From an uncultured Candidatus Saccharibacteria bacterium (GTDB lineage Bacteria > Patescibacteriota > Minisyncoccia > Minisyncoccales > UBA10102), in contig CAYHVI010000002.1 of assembly GCA_964359655.1 (NCBI GenBank), positions 176 to 64,175 of the forward strand: a stretch of 64,000 bases of DNA. The letters run 5' to 3'. This document shows, one piece after another, positions 46,804-57,165 of this stretch. The position numbers and the translations under genes are program-made. A model generated the notes under the pieces. It worked only from the letters and a program-made list of their open reading frames with translations. It was not told where the DNA came from and made no database searches. Within the stretch, counting starts at the first letter, position 1; each line of letters starts with the position of its first letter.

Positions 46804-48666
46804 ATGCTAAACTCTACAAATATGCAGAAAGATGCGGAAACCAAAGGTACTGACAGCGGAAGTATCGAGAATATACGGCCCTTCGACAAAGCTCAGGGTC
46901 AAAACATAGATTTGGAAAAGATAAGACATTCGTTTGCCCATGTGTTGGCGGCGGCCGTGAAAAAACTCTATCCCAAGGTGGAACTGGGAATTGGACCCGT
47001 CATTGAAAACGGGTTTTATTATGATTTTGGAAAACTCAAAATTACCAACGAGGATTTGCCAAAAATCGAGAAGGAAATGCGGCAGATTGCCATGGGTAAT
47101 CACGCGTTTAGAAAGGAACTTTGGCCAACCTCAAGGGCTACTACGTACTACAAAAAAGAAAAACAACCCTATAAACTCGAGCTGATTCGAGACTTACTAA
47201 AAACTGGAAAAGTTGGCATAGTCTATACCGGCGATGTGTTTTTGGATTTGTGTCGTGGCGGACATGTAAAGAATACAAAGGAACTCTCCCTGGATGCCTT
47301 TGCCTTAACCTCGGTTGCAGGCGCCTACTGGAGAGGATCCGAAAAAAATCCCATGCTTACTCGTATCTACGGGGTAGCATTCTCTACAAAGAAAGAACTC
47401 GATCAGCATCTATGGCGTGAAGCCGAGGCAAAAAAGAGAGATCATCGAATTTTGGGAGAACGACTCAAGCTTTTTACCTTTGCAAATGAAGTAGGCCCTG
47501 GGCTTCCCTTGTGGCTGCCGAATGGCACCATTATTCGCGAGGAAATCGAGAGGCGAGCAAAACAGGTAGAGCGCGAGTGGGGATATCAGCGCGTCACAAC
47601 TCCGCATATCGCAAAGGAAGATTTGTATAAAATTTCGGGCCACATCCCCTACTATGCAGACAGTATGTATCCTCCCATGAAGTTGGACGATGGAAATTAT
47701 TATTTGAAAGCGATGAACTGCCCGCATACCCACATGATTTATAAAGCAGAACCTCGGAGTTATCGTGATTTGCCAATTCGTTTTGCCGAATTTGGAACTG
47801 TGTATCGCTATGAGCGTTCTGGCACATTGGCCGGATTGCTTCGCGTGCGGGGATTTACTCAAAACGACGCCCATATTTACTGCACCGAAGACCAGGCAGA
47901 AGAAGAATTTTTGCAGGTAATGAAGCTGCATGAATTTTGGTACAGAGATGTATTTGGCATCAAAGATTTCTACATGCGACTTTCTCTTCCGGCAAAAGAC
48001 AAAGAGAAATATGCCGTCTCTCCTGCAGGATGGGCAAAATCCGTGGCTATTATAAGACGCGCTATGAAAAGGTCGGGACTTCCCTTTCAGGAAGTTAAAG
48101 GGGAGGCTGCATTTTATGGCCCAAAAGTAGATTTTCAAATCAAAAGCGCGATTGGACGCGAAGAATCGGCTTCAACAAACCAACTCGATTTTCTTGCCAC
48201 GAAAAGATTTAATTTGGTGTACAAAGACAAGGATGGAAAAGATAAACCTGTGTACGTAATTCACCGGGCTCCTTTGGGTTCCGAAGAGCGCTTCATCGCT
48301 TTTTTGATTGAACACTACGCGGGCGCATTTCCCTTTTGGTTAGCTCCCGAGCAAATTTGGATTTTGCCCGTATCTGACAAATTCGCTGCATACGCAAAGG
48401 AAGTACAAAAGAAGATGCTCAAAACAAATGAAGATTTACGTATCCGTGTAAACGATGCAAACGAAACGTTGGGCAAACGAATTCGGGAGGGTGAAACTAT
48501 GAAAATCCCCTATCTTCTTGTAGTAGGAGAAAAAGAGATGCAAGCAGGTGAAGTCAGCGTGAGAGAACGAGCGCGAGGCGACACAGGGAGTGTTGCGTTT
48601 CAAGCATTTATACAAAAGCTTACAAATATCTATGATCATTTCCCAAGGAGTACAAAAACTTATTGA
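46804..48666 (+). CDS. thrS: Threonyl-tRNA synthetase (no TGS domain); N-terminal start uncertain
   Basis: HSFAHVLAAAV...GFYYDF editing-type domain, class II catalytic core and anticodon-binding domain. The first ~35 codons contain a REP-like hairpin, so TTG at 46912 is an alternative start. Confidence 0.9.
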   Translation: MLNSTNMQKDAETKGTDSGSIENIRPFDKAQGQNIDLEKIRHSFAHVLAAAVKKLYPKVELGIGPVIENGFYYDFGKLKITNEDLPKIEKEMRQIAMGNHAFRKELWPTSRATTYYKKEKQPYKLELIRDLLKTGKVGIVYTGDVFLDLCRGGHVKNTKELSLDAFALTSVAGAYWRGSEKNPMLTRIYGVAFSTKKELDQHLWREAEAKKRDHRILGERLKLFTFANEVGPGLPLWLPNGTIIREEIERRAKQVEREWGYQRVTTPHIAKEDLYKISGHIPYYADSMYPPMKLDDGNYYLKAMNCPHTHMIYKAEPRSYRDLPIRFAEFGTVYRYERSGTLAGLLRVRGFTQNDAHIYCTEDQAEEEFLQVMKLHEFWYRDVFGIKDFYMRLSLPAKDKEKYAVSPAGWAKSVAIIRRAMKRSGLPFQEVKGEAAFYGPKVDFQIKSAIGREESASTNQLDFLATKRFNLVYKDKDGKDKPVYVIHRAPLGSEERFIAFLIEHYAGAFPFWLAPEQIWILPVSDKFAAYAKEVQKKMLKTNEDLRIRVNDANETLGKRIREGETMKIPYLLVVGEKEMQAGEVSVRERARGDTGSVAFQAFIQKLTNIYDHFPRSTKTY

Positions 48667-50233
48667 GGAATATAAACTCTGGCAGAAAGAAACTGAAGTT
48701 CGTGAAGAAGAAGAGGTAATCTCTGTTGACGAGGTGGTGGCTAGGGTAGCTTCCTTTTACGAAAAAATTAGAGAGATCGTGGACTGGCGTGAAGAGCATT
48801 TGCTTCGTAAAACCGCAATTGAGCGCATTTTGAAGCGCCGACTTACCGTATATAAGGTTAACGAGGATTTTGCCGAGAACTTTCTTTCAGAGCTTGTGCG
48901 TGGAGGGCATTTTCCGAACAACCGAATTTCGTTTAAACAAGTTGACGAGATTCAAGCCATCATTGAAAAGTATGTGTTTATTACCACGCATGTTCGAAAT
49001 GGACGAAATCAGAGTAAGAGAGATTCAGCAGAATGGATTCTCGCGATAGCCGCGGTGGAAATCGAGGAAGCGCTTTCTCTGCCTCGACGAGAACGCGCGC
49101 TCATTGAATCAATGACAGAGGATTTGGAAGCGCGCGTTCAATTGATTGCTCGAAAAAATGAACGAGGCGTGCTGCTTGCCGAATCGGAAAAGAAACTTCA
49201 GATTTATGTGGCAGTGCAAAAAGCGTTGTTCAAGCTCGATAACTCCACCATTACTTATCATATCTTGGAAAAATTTTACTCTGACTGGAAAACGCCTTCA
49301 CGAGAGACTCTTGCCTATGTTGCAGAGTATCTTGATACCCTGCGCGAGAATATTCAAAAAATTCTTTCTCATCTTCATGGAGAACGATTCTATCAACTCG
49401 CGGAAAAGTATGACACGCCTTATCTTATTTTAAACGACATACTCACGGAAGACAGCGACCGATTCGGAGAACTCGTAACCAATCCTGCTGCCCTGGAAGG
49501 CGCGATCCAACATGCGTACAACAAGCGCCATGCGAAATTGCGAAGCCGTATTGGGAGGGCTGCTCTTTACAGTGTCTTGTCGGTATTTCTCACAAAAGTG
49601 CTGGTTGCAATTATCCTTGAGATTCCCGTGGAGCGATATATGGGAACAGATCCCAACCAGCTTGCACTTGTTTTGAACGTTGCCATTCCTTCTCTTTTAA
49701 TGCTCCTTTTGGTTGGCACAGTACAAACAAGTTCGCAACGTAATTTTGAGCGAGTAATGGTGGAGGTTATGAAAATTATTCAGGTGCGTGATCGCCGGGA
49801 GGTATATAAAATCTTTCCACCGCGCAAAAGAAGCGGTCTTGGAGCAAGTATTGTCTATGTATTTTATCTTTTAAGTTTTATCATTTCTTTCGGCGTATTG
49901 GTATGGGTGTTGCAGAAACTCCAGTTTCCGTTTTTCTCTATTTTTATCTTCCTGATGTTTATTTCACTCGTGCTCTTTGCCGGGACGCGCATTCGTGCTC
50001 GTGCGCGCGAATTAATGATAGAGCCTGCGCGTGAGGGATTTCTGTACAATCTATTTGATATTTTTTCTTTGCCGATGATTCAGGTCGGAAGATGGCTTTC
50101 GGGTAAACTTGTGCGGTACAACGTTCTTACTCTTGTGCTGAATTTTCTCATTGAAGTGCCGTTTCAAATGTTTGTGGAGTTTTTGGAACAATGGCGAGGT
50201 TTCTTGCGCGAAAAGAAAGAAGAAATCCACTGA
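48632..50233 (+). CDS. Hypothetical protein with C-terminal multi-TM region
   Basis: 533 aa from MIISQGVQKLIEEYKLW. Soluble helical N-terminal half and 5-6 TM segments in the C-terminal half. Confidence 0.5.
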   Translation: MIISQGVQKLIEEYKLWQKETEVREEEEVISVDEVVARVASFYEKIREIVDWREEHLLRKTAIERILKRRLTVYKVNEDFAENFLSELVRGGHFPNNRISFKQVDEIQAIIEKYVFITTHVRNGRNQSKRDSAEWILAIAAVEIEEALSLPRRERALIESMTEDLEARVQLIARKNERGVLLAESEKKLQIYVAVQKALFKLDNSTITYHILEKFYSDWKTPSRETLAYVAEYLDTLRENIQKILSHLHGERFYQLAEKYDTPYLILNDILTEDSDRFGELVTNPAALEGAIQHAYNKRHAKLRSRIGRAALYSVLSVFLTKVLVAIILEIPVERYMGTDPNQLALVLNVAIPSLLMLLLVGTVQTSSQRNFERVMVEVMKIIQVRDRREVYKIFPPRKRSGLGASIVYVFYLLSFIISFGVLVWVLQKLQFPFFSIFIFLMFISLVLFAGTRIRARARELMIEPAREGFLYNLFDIFSLPMIQVGRWLSGKLVRYNVLTLVLNFLIEVPFQMFVEFLEQWRGFLREKKEEIH

Positions 50234-51105
50234 TCGTTATCGTCGGTCCCACCGCTTCAGGAAAAAGCGATCTTGCCGTGAAGCTGGCAAGAAAGTTTCA
50301 TGGAGAGATTATCTCGGCTGATTCACGGCAAGTGTACAAAGGACTCGATATAGGATCAGGAAAAATCACAAGAAAAGAAATGATGAGTATCCCCCATCAT
50401 CTTTTAGATGTGACATCTCCACGACATCGTTTTACTGTAGCTCAATACCAAAGATTAGCACTCAAAGCAATTCATCAGATCCATCGTAAGGGGAAACTGC
50501 CCATTCTTGTGGGCGGAAGTCCGTTTTATATTTATTCCGTTGTCTATGGGATTGCGATACCCGAAGTAAAACCGGATTTTGAGCTTCGAAAAAGATTAGA
50601 AAAATTGTCAGTCGACAATTTATACAAAAAATTAAAACAACTCGATCCTGAAAGAGCTAAAACTATTGAAGCTAAAAATCCAAGGCGTCTTATTCGCGCG
50701 TTAGAAATTGTAATCAAAACAAACAAACCAGTTCCCCCATTAAAAAAACAACCACTTCCCCATTCTATTTTGATGCTTGGGATTAAGCGATCTCCCGAAG
50801 AGTTAAAAAAACCAATTCGAAAAAGATTACTTGATAGATTAGACCACGGTATGATTAATGAAGTAAGAAGTTTGAAAAAATCTGGATTGTCTTGGAAACG
50901 ATTAGAGAGCTTTGGACTGGAGTATCGCTTTGTCGCACAATATTTGCAGGGAAAAATTTCAAGAAGCGAAATGCTAAATCAAATTCAAAAATCAAGCGAA
51001 GATTTCGCTCGCCGCCAAATGACGTGGTTTAAAAAAGATTCCAGAATCCATTGGGTAAAAGATCAAAAAGAAGCCAAAGGGTTAGTAACAAGTTTTTTAA
51101 AATAA
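50191..51105 (+). CDS. miaA: tRNA dimethylallyltransferase
   Basis: P-loop IVIVGPTASGKSDLAVKLA, DSRQVYKGLDIGSGK. Confidence 0.93.
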   Translation: MARFLARKERRNPLIVIVGPTASGKSDLAVKLARKFHGEIISADSRQVYKGLDIGSGKITRKEMMSIPHHLLDVTSPRHRFTVAQYQRLALKAIHQIHRKGKLPILVGGSPFYIYSVVYGIAIPEVKPDFELRKRLEKLSVDNLYKKLKQLDPERAKTIEAKNPRRLIRALEIVIKTNKPVPPLKKQPLPHSILMLGIKRSPEELKKPIRKRLLDRLDHGMINEVRSLKKSGLSWKRLESFGLEYRFVAQYLQGKISRSEMLNQIQKSSEDFARRQMTWFKKDSRIHWVKDQKEAKGLVTSFLK

Positions 51106-51146
51106 AATAGGGAGCAGCGTAACGCTGCTCCCCTGTATTTCTGGGG

Positions 51147-51470
51147 TTATGCTGCTCCTCTGTGTACTCCCTTTGGAAAGACAGAGTTCTCATCAATGCT
51201 AAGAAATTCTGTTCCAGTCCAAAGCCACGGAAGATTGAAAGCTCGATAGATGACGTCCAGAACGGCCCTGTATTTCCGGATGATTCTTGAATAAGAAGCC
51301 TCCTGAAACTGAAATCGAACAGTATCACCGTCGATTTCAGGTTGGTCGTTCAAGGGAACCCGATGGGCGAAAGAGAGTGAAGCTATATACTCTTCCCACA
51401 TTTTGGTTGGGAGTATAACGGTAAGCGTGAAGCGAGCTCCGTCACTCCCCTTTACGATTTGTATATGCAT
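51147..51470 (-). CDS. Hypothetical 107-aa protein in a small insertion
   Basis: Strong SD GAAAGGAGGAAGGAAGGA. Promoter TTGACA, 17 nt, TAGGAT (51498-51526) lies inside the last codons of gatB. Shared terminator GGGAGCAGCGtaaCGCTGCTCCC at 51111-51133. Confidence 0.5.
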   Translation of the reverse strand: MHIQIVKGSDGARFTLTVILPTKMWEEYIASLSFAHRVPLNDQPEIDGDTVRFQFQEASYSRIIRKYRAVLDVIYRAFNLPWLWTGTEFLSIDENSVFPKGVHRGAA

Positions 51471-51487
51471 TCCTTCCTTCCTCCTTT

Positions 51488-52978
51488 CTAGCCCCCTATC
51501 CTATCCCCTTTTTGTTTCGCTGTCAATAGTCGAGCTAAAACCTGCTTTGCGAGGTCAGGGCGGGTAGTGCCGCGAGTTTGAGCCATTATTTGGCCGATGA
51601 GGAATTGAAGAGATTGTTGTTTACCCCTTTTGTAGTCTTCCACTGCCTTGGGATTCTTTTCGATTATTTCTTTTGCAATGCGCTCGATTTCAGCTGTATC
51701 TGAAACCTGTGTTAACCCCTCTGATCCTAAAAGTTGATGAGGGTCTGCACCACCTTCAAACATTTTCTTTAACAACGCTTTTGCAACAGGCGAGGATACT
51801 TTGCTCTCGGCAATTAAGTTGATGAGGTCGGCAAATTTTTCTGCTGTAATCCTAAAATTCTTATTCTCCACTGACATTCCTTGCAATAATCCTTGTAAGT
51901 CTGAAACAATATAGTTTGTCGCAAGCTTAACTCGCTTTGCAAGTTCTTCTTCAGATAAGCGGGAACCAAGCTCACTTACAACCTGTTCAAAATACTCCCC
52001 GAGATCCCTGTCTTTTGTGAGTAAGTTTGCTTCTGTTTCGCCAAGATTGTATTCTTTTTGGAGCCGAAGTTTTTTTGTTTGGGGAAGTTCAGGAACTTCG
52101 AGTCGTAATTTCTCTATAAATGCTGGAGTAAAAGTAAGGGGTGGGATATCGGGTTCGGGGAAATAACGATAATCGTGAGCCGATTCTTTTTCGCGTTGGG
52201 AAAATGTTTCCTGTTTGGTTTCGTTCCATCCACGCGTCTCCTGCGATACTTCTTTGCCCGCATCCAATACTTGCGTTTGTCTTTTTATCTCAAACGCGAT
52301 TGCGTTTTGGACCGAGCGAAATGAATTGAGGTTTTTTACTTCAACTTTTGTACCCAATTTTTCTGTTCTTTCAGGACGAATAGAAATGTTTGCTTCCACA
52401 CGCATTTGACCCTTTTCCATATCAGCGTCAGAAACGCCAAGGTAGCGCAAAATAAGTTGGAGTTCCTGCGCAAACGCACTCGCTTCTTTTCCGCTTTGAA
52501 TATCAGGCTCGGTAACCAATTCCATTAACGGCACGCCAGCGCGATTAAAATCCACTAACGAATAATCAGCACCTTCCTTGGCGGCGAGATGTTGGGAGCG
52601 TCCGGTATCCTCTTCTAAATGAATCCTGCGAATTCGAACTTCCTTATCCCCCACTTTTAACACGCCATTTTCACAAAGAGGAAGATCATATTGCGATATT
52701 TGATACCCCTTGGGAAGATCTGGATAAAAATAGTTTTTGCGGTCGAACTTGGAATATTGAGCAATAGTGCAGTTTAGGGCAAGTCCGGTTTTCACTACCA
52801 TAGTAATTGCAGCTTCATTGGGTACGGGTAAAGTACCGGGATGCCCTATGCAAATGGGACAGATATTCACATTCGGCTTCCTTTCTAAAGGATCATTTTT
52901 GCAAGAGCAAAACATTTTGCTCTGCGTTTTTAATTCCGCGTGTATTTCTAAGCCAACTGTGGGAATGTAATTTGCCAT
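51488..52978 (-). CDS. gatB: Asp/Glu-tRNA(Asn/Gln) amidotransferase subunit B
   Basis: 496 aa. [26 protein letters not shown]... Confidence 0.95.
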   Translation of the reverse strand: MANYIPTVGLEIHAELKTQSKMFCSCKNDPLERKPNVNICPICIGHPGTLPVPNEAAITMVVKTGLALNCTIAQYSKFDRKNYFYPDLPKGYQISQYDLPLCENGVLKVGDKEVRIRRIHLEEDTGRSQHLAAKEGADYSLVDFNRAGVPLMELVTEPDIQSGKEASAFAQELQLILRYLGVSDADMEKGQMRVEANISIRPERTEKLGTKVEVKNLNSFRSVQNAIAFEIKRQTQVLDAGKEVSQETRGWNETKQETFSQREKESAHDYRYFPEPDIPPLTFTPAFIEKLRLEVPELPQTKKLRLQKEYNLGETEANLLTKDRDLGEYFEQVVSELGSRLSEEELAKRVKLATNYIVSDLQGLLQGMSVENKNFRITAEKFADLINLIAESKVSSPVAKALLKKMFEGGADPHQLLGSEGLTQVSDTAEIERIAKEIIEKNPKAVEDYKRGKQQSLQFLIGQIMAQTRGTTRPDLAKQVLARLLTAKQKGDRIGG

Positions 52979-53562
52979 ATGTTGTTTGCTACTTTTTCAA
53001 TCGGTTGTTCGCCATCAACCACATGCATATTTTGAAATTTGCTGGGCAACGTTTCGTATACGCGCCACACTCTTTGCAGTTTTTGTTCTTCCTCAAAGAG
53101 AGTTACAGGCTCTCCGCGTTTTCCGATGCGTTCCATACACACCGCAGGCGATACATTGAGCAAAAAGGTGATATCGGGGAGCAAAAATTCATTGTTGAGT
53201 TCAATAAGATCCTCAAGGTTACAACCTGCCGCGGTTCCAAATGCAAAACTCGAAAATGCATAACGGTCGCACACAACCCATATACCCTTTTGCAGTGCCG
53301 GAATAATAGTCTTTTCAAGATGTTCCTTGCGATCCTTTGCAAATAACCGCTGAAGTTCCTCGGGACCAAGAAGCTCTTTTTTATCTAACACATTTCGAAT
53401 GTGTTTGCCAGCTTCGGATTCTCCAGTGGGTTCTTTCGTGAGAATTACTTCTTTGTGATTCTCTTTGAGGGTTCCGGTGAGTAAGTTTGCCTGTGTTGTT
53501 TGCCCTGAAGCATCCAAGCCCTCAAAAACAATAAATTTCCCGGGATATGTATTTTTTTTCAT
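52948..53562 (-). CDS. tmk: Thymidylate kinase
   Basis: [16 protein letters not shown]-loop. ATGA overlap with the upstream dcd-like gene. Confidence 0.9.
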   Translation of the reverse strand: MKKNTYPGKFIVFEGLDASGQTTQANLLTGTLKENHKEVILTKEPTGESEAGKHIRNVLDKKELLGPEELQRLFAKDRKEHLEKTIIPALQKGIWVVCDRYAFSSFAFGTAAGCNLEDLIELNNEFLLPDITFLLNVSPAVCMERIGKRGEPVTLFEEEQKLQRVWRVYETLPSKFQNMHVVDGEQPIEKVANNIWQITFPQLA

Positions 53563-54119
53563 ACCTGGGTTTCTCTGTGGTTTGTGGTGACGCGACCACC
53601 CTGCCATTGGCCGCGATACAAATTCCCCTCTCCTTTCACTTCAAAAAACATAATATGCACTACACGCGCTCCCATTTCCAAACGAAATTCTTTCTGTCCG
53701 AAATTACAGATTCCCATATTCAGCTCTCCTTTATATCCGGGAGGTACTTGTCCTCCAAAAACAAATACGCCAGATCGAAAAAGTGTGGAACGAGGCGTCA
53801 TGACGGCCAAAAGGTTTTCTGGCATGTTCACGCTTTCCATAGTTTTTAAAACATAGTAGATGTTTGGTTTCAGCAACACCTCGGTTGTTTTGCCTGTCTC
53901 ACCACCAGGCAGACCTTTCTCGTATTTGGTGAGAAGAGTCATATCGGGAGTTTCTCGTTCTGTCACGCCAAGAAATCCTTGACCCGAAATTTCATATAAC
54001 TCCCCTATTCTCAAATCAAATCCAGCTCCTTCGGGATTTGTAAGCTCTCGCTCTGAAAGATTTTCAACAAGTTTTTTTTCCCTCACTAACTGCTGAAGTT
54101 CTTTGATTCCCAAAACCAT
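53559..54119 (-). CDS. dCTP deaminase / dUTPase-superfamily protein (paralog 1)
   Basis: GAGFDLRIGE...PRSTLFRSGV...PGYKGELN motifs of the dCTP deaminase fold. Confidence 0.75.
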   Translation of the reverse strand: MVLGIKELQQLVREKKLVENLSERELTNPEGAGFDLRIGELYEISGQGFLGVTERETPDMTLLTKYEKGLPGGETGKTTEVLLKPNIYYVLKTMESVNMPENLLAVMTPRSTLFRSGVFVFGGQVPPGYKGELNMGICNFGQKEFRLEMGARVVHIMFFEVKGEGNLYRGQWQGGRVTTNHRETQV

Positions 54120-54123
54120 ATTT

Positions 54124-54621
54124 TTATTTGATTACGTTATATTCAAGCAATATGCTTTGTTCGTTTAGTTTTTGTGTAGATTCGAGTTCAAGTTTAACGT
54201 TAAGCTCTTTGTTGAACAAATGGATTCCAGAACCGAATAGAATTGGTTCGACCGTAAGATAAAGTTTATCTACTGCGCCGGCTTCCATAAACAGCGTATA
54301 AATAGTGGCGCCACCGCAGATCGCAATTTCGCTATATCCCTTGTTTTCTAAATCCTTGAGCAGTTCTTGTGGAGGTTTTTGGGTAATTTCCACCCCCTCC
54401 CGTTGCTCTTGATTTGGTGGCGCGTAAACAACATTGTGGCGCCCTAGGAGGGGTTTTCCAATAGTTTTATATGTATTCAAACCCATTATCACTACCCCTG
54501 CTTGCTTGGTCTTTTGAGTGAAAAACTGCTTGTCTTCTTTGCTGGTCCAATCTGCCAAATGGTTTGAATTTCGCGCAATGAATCCATCCGCCGTTATCGC
54601 CGCTATGAGAAATGTTTTCAT
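54124..54621 (-). CDS. Dihydrofolate reductase-like protein (RibD C-terminal domain type)
   Basis: MKTFLIAAITADGFIAR...VVIMGLNTYKTIG...ICGGATIY. Internal ATG chosen as start. Divergent from thyA with a 16-bp gap. Confidence 0.75.
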   Translation of the reverse strand: MKTFLIAAITADGFIARNSNHLADWTSKEDKQFFTQKTKQAGVVIMGLNTYKTIGKPLLGRHNVVYAPPNQEQREGVEITQKPPQELLKDLENKGYSEIAICGGATIYTLFMEAGAVDKLYLTVEPILFGSGIHLFNKELNVKLELESTQKLNEQSILLEYNVIK

Positions 54622-54637
54622 ATGATATAATAACATA

Positions 54638-55606
54638 ATGCATCCTGAATACCAATACCTCAATTTGCTTCGGGAAGTCCTAGATAAAGGCATTAAAAAA
54701 GTGGACCGCGGTACAGACATTGTTTTATACAGCCTGTTTGGTGCCCAAACGCGGTACGATTTGGCGCAGGGATTTCCACTCTTAACGACCAAAAAAGTGT
54801 ATTGGAAAGGAGTGCTGCACGAACTCTATTGGTTTCTGTCGGGAAGCTCGAATATCAAGTATCTTGTAGATAACAATGTCCATATTTGGGATGACTATCC
54901 GTATAAAATATACAGCAAAAAGACGCAGGAGAAATTGGTGCCCGAGTTGAGTAAAGAAGAATTTTTTGCAAAAATTGTCCAAGATGCGGAGTTTGCAAAA
55001 GTGCATGGTGAGCTTCCACGTATCTACGGAGAATTGTGGCGAAGATGGCCCACTCGCACGCCCGGAAGAACTGTTGACCAGCTCAAATGGGCAATCCAGG
55101 AATTGAAGGACGATCCCGACGCCAAAAACTTAATCGTGAATTCGTGGAATCCAGAATATCTCTATACCATGGCAACGCATGACGATGCGAGCCGCTTTCC
55201 CATTTGCCATAATATGTACCAGATTTCACAGAGAGATGGCAAGCTTTCCCTGCAACTTTACCAACGTTCCGCAGACCTCTTTTTAGGGGTGCCGTTTAAT
55301 ATTGCAAGCTACGCGTTGCTCACCATAATTCTTGCCCAAGTTACAGGATATAAACCCGGAGAATTTATTCATACGTTTGGTGATTTTCATATATACGAAA
55401 ATCACATTGAGCAGGTAAGAGAACAATTAACCCGGACGCCCCGCCCATTCCCGCATGTAACTATCGATCCTGTAGTAAAAAGAGTCGAAGATTTTCGCGC
55501 AGATCTTGTGACGCTTGAAGGATATGACCCTTATCCTGCTATTCAAGCAGAACTTACTGTTGCCGGCGGTTTGTACGATCCTGCCACCGGCAAAATGTCA
55601 GGATAA
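54638..55606 (+). CDS. thyA: Thymidylate synthase
   Basis: 322 aa. MHPEYQYLNLLREVLDKG...FGAQTRYDL...PICH... Confidence 0.95.
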   Translation: MHPEYQYLNLLREVLDKGIKKVDRGTDIVLYSLFGAQTRYDLAQGFPLLTTKKVYWKGVLHELYWFLSGSSNIKYLVDNNVHIWDDYPYKIYSKKTQEKLVPELSKEEFFAKIVQDAEFAKVHGELPRIYGELWRRWPTRTPGRTVDQLKWAIQELKDDPDAKNLIVNSWNPEYLYTMATHDDASRFPICHNMYQISQRDGKLSLQLYQRSADLFLGVPFNIASYALLTIILAQVTGYKPGEFIHTFGDFHIYENHIEQVREQLTRTPRPFPHVTIDPVVKRVEDFRADLVTLEGYDPYPAIQAELTVAGGLYDPATGKMSG

Positions 55607-55688
55607 AAACACAGTACGCTGTAAGGGCGATCGCTGTTACAGCGTACCTTACATACGCTATAAAACTTTGATAAATGTATTGGTAAGA

Positions 55689-56252
55689 ATGTTTCTAAAA
55701 GAAAAAATAAAAAGCTATCTGCAGGGGCTTCAATCCTATTCAAACATTCGACTTATCCTGGAGATAACTTTTGTTTCAAATTTACTAAGATTTCTTGCGG
55801 TCTTTGCTTTTACGATTATTTATATCTTTTTAGGCCCTGAAAGATTTATTTACAGTATAGGTGACTCTTCGGGGCCGATAAAAGACCTGTTTACTGACAC
55901 AGGAAATATAGAAAACACTATTGCTTATTTCGTTATACTTACTATTCTCGTTCCTATCACTGAAACGATTCTGGGGCAATTTCTTCCGATAAAAATCGGT
56001 TCACTCTTCACGAAAAATTCTTTCTTTCTGGTAAGTTTATCAACTATTGCGTTTGTATTACTGCATATAGGGACAGCTCCATCTCAAGTTGCTATGGCAT
56101 TGTTTATGGGACCTATTTTAGGAATAGTGTACTTACTCAAAAACAAAGTCTCTTCCGTATGGACAACTATAGGCGTAGTGTTTGCTATCCATGCATTAAC
56201 GAATCTGTTGGCAGTTATCACTGTATGGTGGTTTTTATTTTTGCAGCGATAG
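55689..56252 (+). CDS. CPBP-family (CAAX/Abi) intramembrane protease-like protein
   Basis: Multi-TM protein with motif 2 FVLLH and motif 3 HALTN. Motif 1 is degenerate (ITETILGQ). Confidence 0.55.
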   Translation: MFLKEKIKSYLQGLQSYSNIRLILEITFVSNLLRFLAVFAFTIIYIFLGPERFIYSIGDSSGPIKDLFTDTGNIENTIAYFVILTILVPITETILGQFLPIKIGSLFTKNSFFLVSLSTIAFVLLHIGTAPSQVAMALFMGPILGIVYLLKNKVSSVWTTIGVVFAIHALTNLLAVITVWWFLFLQR

Positions 56253-56492
56253 AGATTTTGCTTCGCGGTAAGCATCAATTGCGAACGCTATAACTATCAG
56301 AATAATTGTCAAGATATACAAGGGGTCTGTTGATACTTTTTGTGCCAGAGGACTAGTAAATGTCCAAATATATCCAAGTACAGTTGAAATTAGCAGGAGC
56401 GTCCCAAAAAGCATTCTTTTTCGTAAATAGAGATAAGCTGATCCAGTAAGGAATATATTAAGAACTACAGCGATCCAAGGGTTCTTGTTCAT
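56235..56492 (-). CDS. Hypothetical small membrane protein
   Basis: 85 aa with 3 TM segments. Confidence 0.45.
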   Translation of the reverse strand: MNKNPWIAVVLNIFLTGSAYLYLRKRMLFGTLLLISTVLGYIWTFTSPLAQKVSTDPLYILTIILIVIAFAIDAYREAKSLSLQK

Positions 56493-56581
56493 ATTTCATA
56501 AACGAATTGTGATAAGCGACCTTTATAACTACTCACGCAAGAATCGTATATCTTATTTCTATGGCTCTGCAGGATCTATTC

Positions 56582-57163
56582 TTAGTTTGTTTGAAATTCC
56601 TGGCTGATTTTGCTGGCGTGCGGAGTTTCAGATTGTTTTGAGTATTTGCGCTTTGTGCTCGAACTATAAGACTCCCGAGCAGGGCTTGAGAGCGTTTCAA
56701 AGGTGAGCGCACAAACACGCATACCCTCGTAAAGGATGATGGGCATTGGACCTAAGTTGCCGAGTTCCATTACTGCTCGACCTGACCAGCCGGGATCAAA
56801 CCTTGCTGCGGTGGAATGCACAACTAAACCTAAACGGCCAAGCGAGCTTCGACCGTCGAGCCTGGCCATTAAATCATTAGGCAGTTCAAATTCTTCCTTA
56901 GTTAAAGCTAAAGCAAAGTCACGGGGCTGCAAAATAAAAGGTTCTCCTTCCCCCACCACGATTTCTTCCATTAAGGCTTCCATATCAATCTTTCTTTTTA
57001 AATCCAGATAAGGATAAGGCGAGGGTTTAAACACCTTCATCGTGTTTCCCATATGCAGGTCGAGCGAGCAGGGACCCAGTTGTTTTTCAAAATCCGGCGC
57101 AGGGGAAATGCGCACTCTTCCTTGGCCAATTGCTTTTTGGATGTCTTGATCTGATAGTATCAT
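56582..57163 (-). CDS. dcd: dCTP deaminase (paralog 2)
   Basis: MILSDQDIQKAI...CSLDLHMG...DGRSSLGRLGLVVH...DPGWSG. Confidence 0.88.
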   Translation of the reverse strand: MILSDQDIQKAIGQGRVRISPAPDFEKQLGPCSLDLHMGNTMKVFKPSPYPYLDLKRKIDMEALMEEIVVGEGEPFILQPRDFALALTKEEFELPNDLMARLDGRSSLGRLGLVVHSTAARFDPGWSGRAVMELGNLGPMPIILYEGMRVCALTFETLSSPARESYSSSTKRKYSKQSETPHASKISQEFQTN

Positions 57164-57165
57164 AT

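Noticed and set aside
47410-48138. 242-aa minus-strand ORF
   Set aside because: It is antisense to the thrS catalytic core and has no recognisable features.
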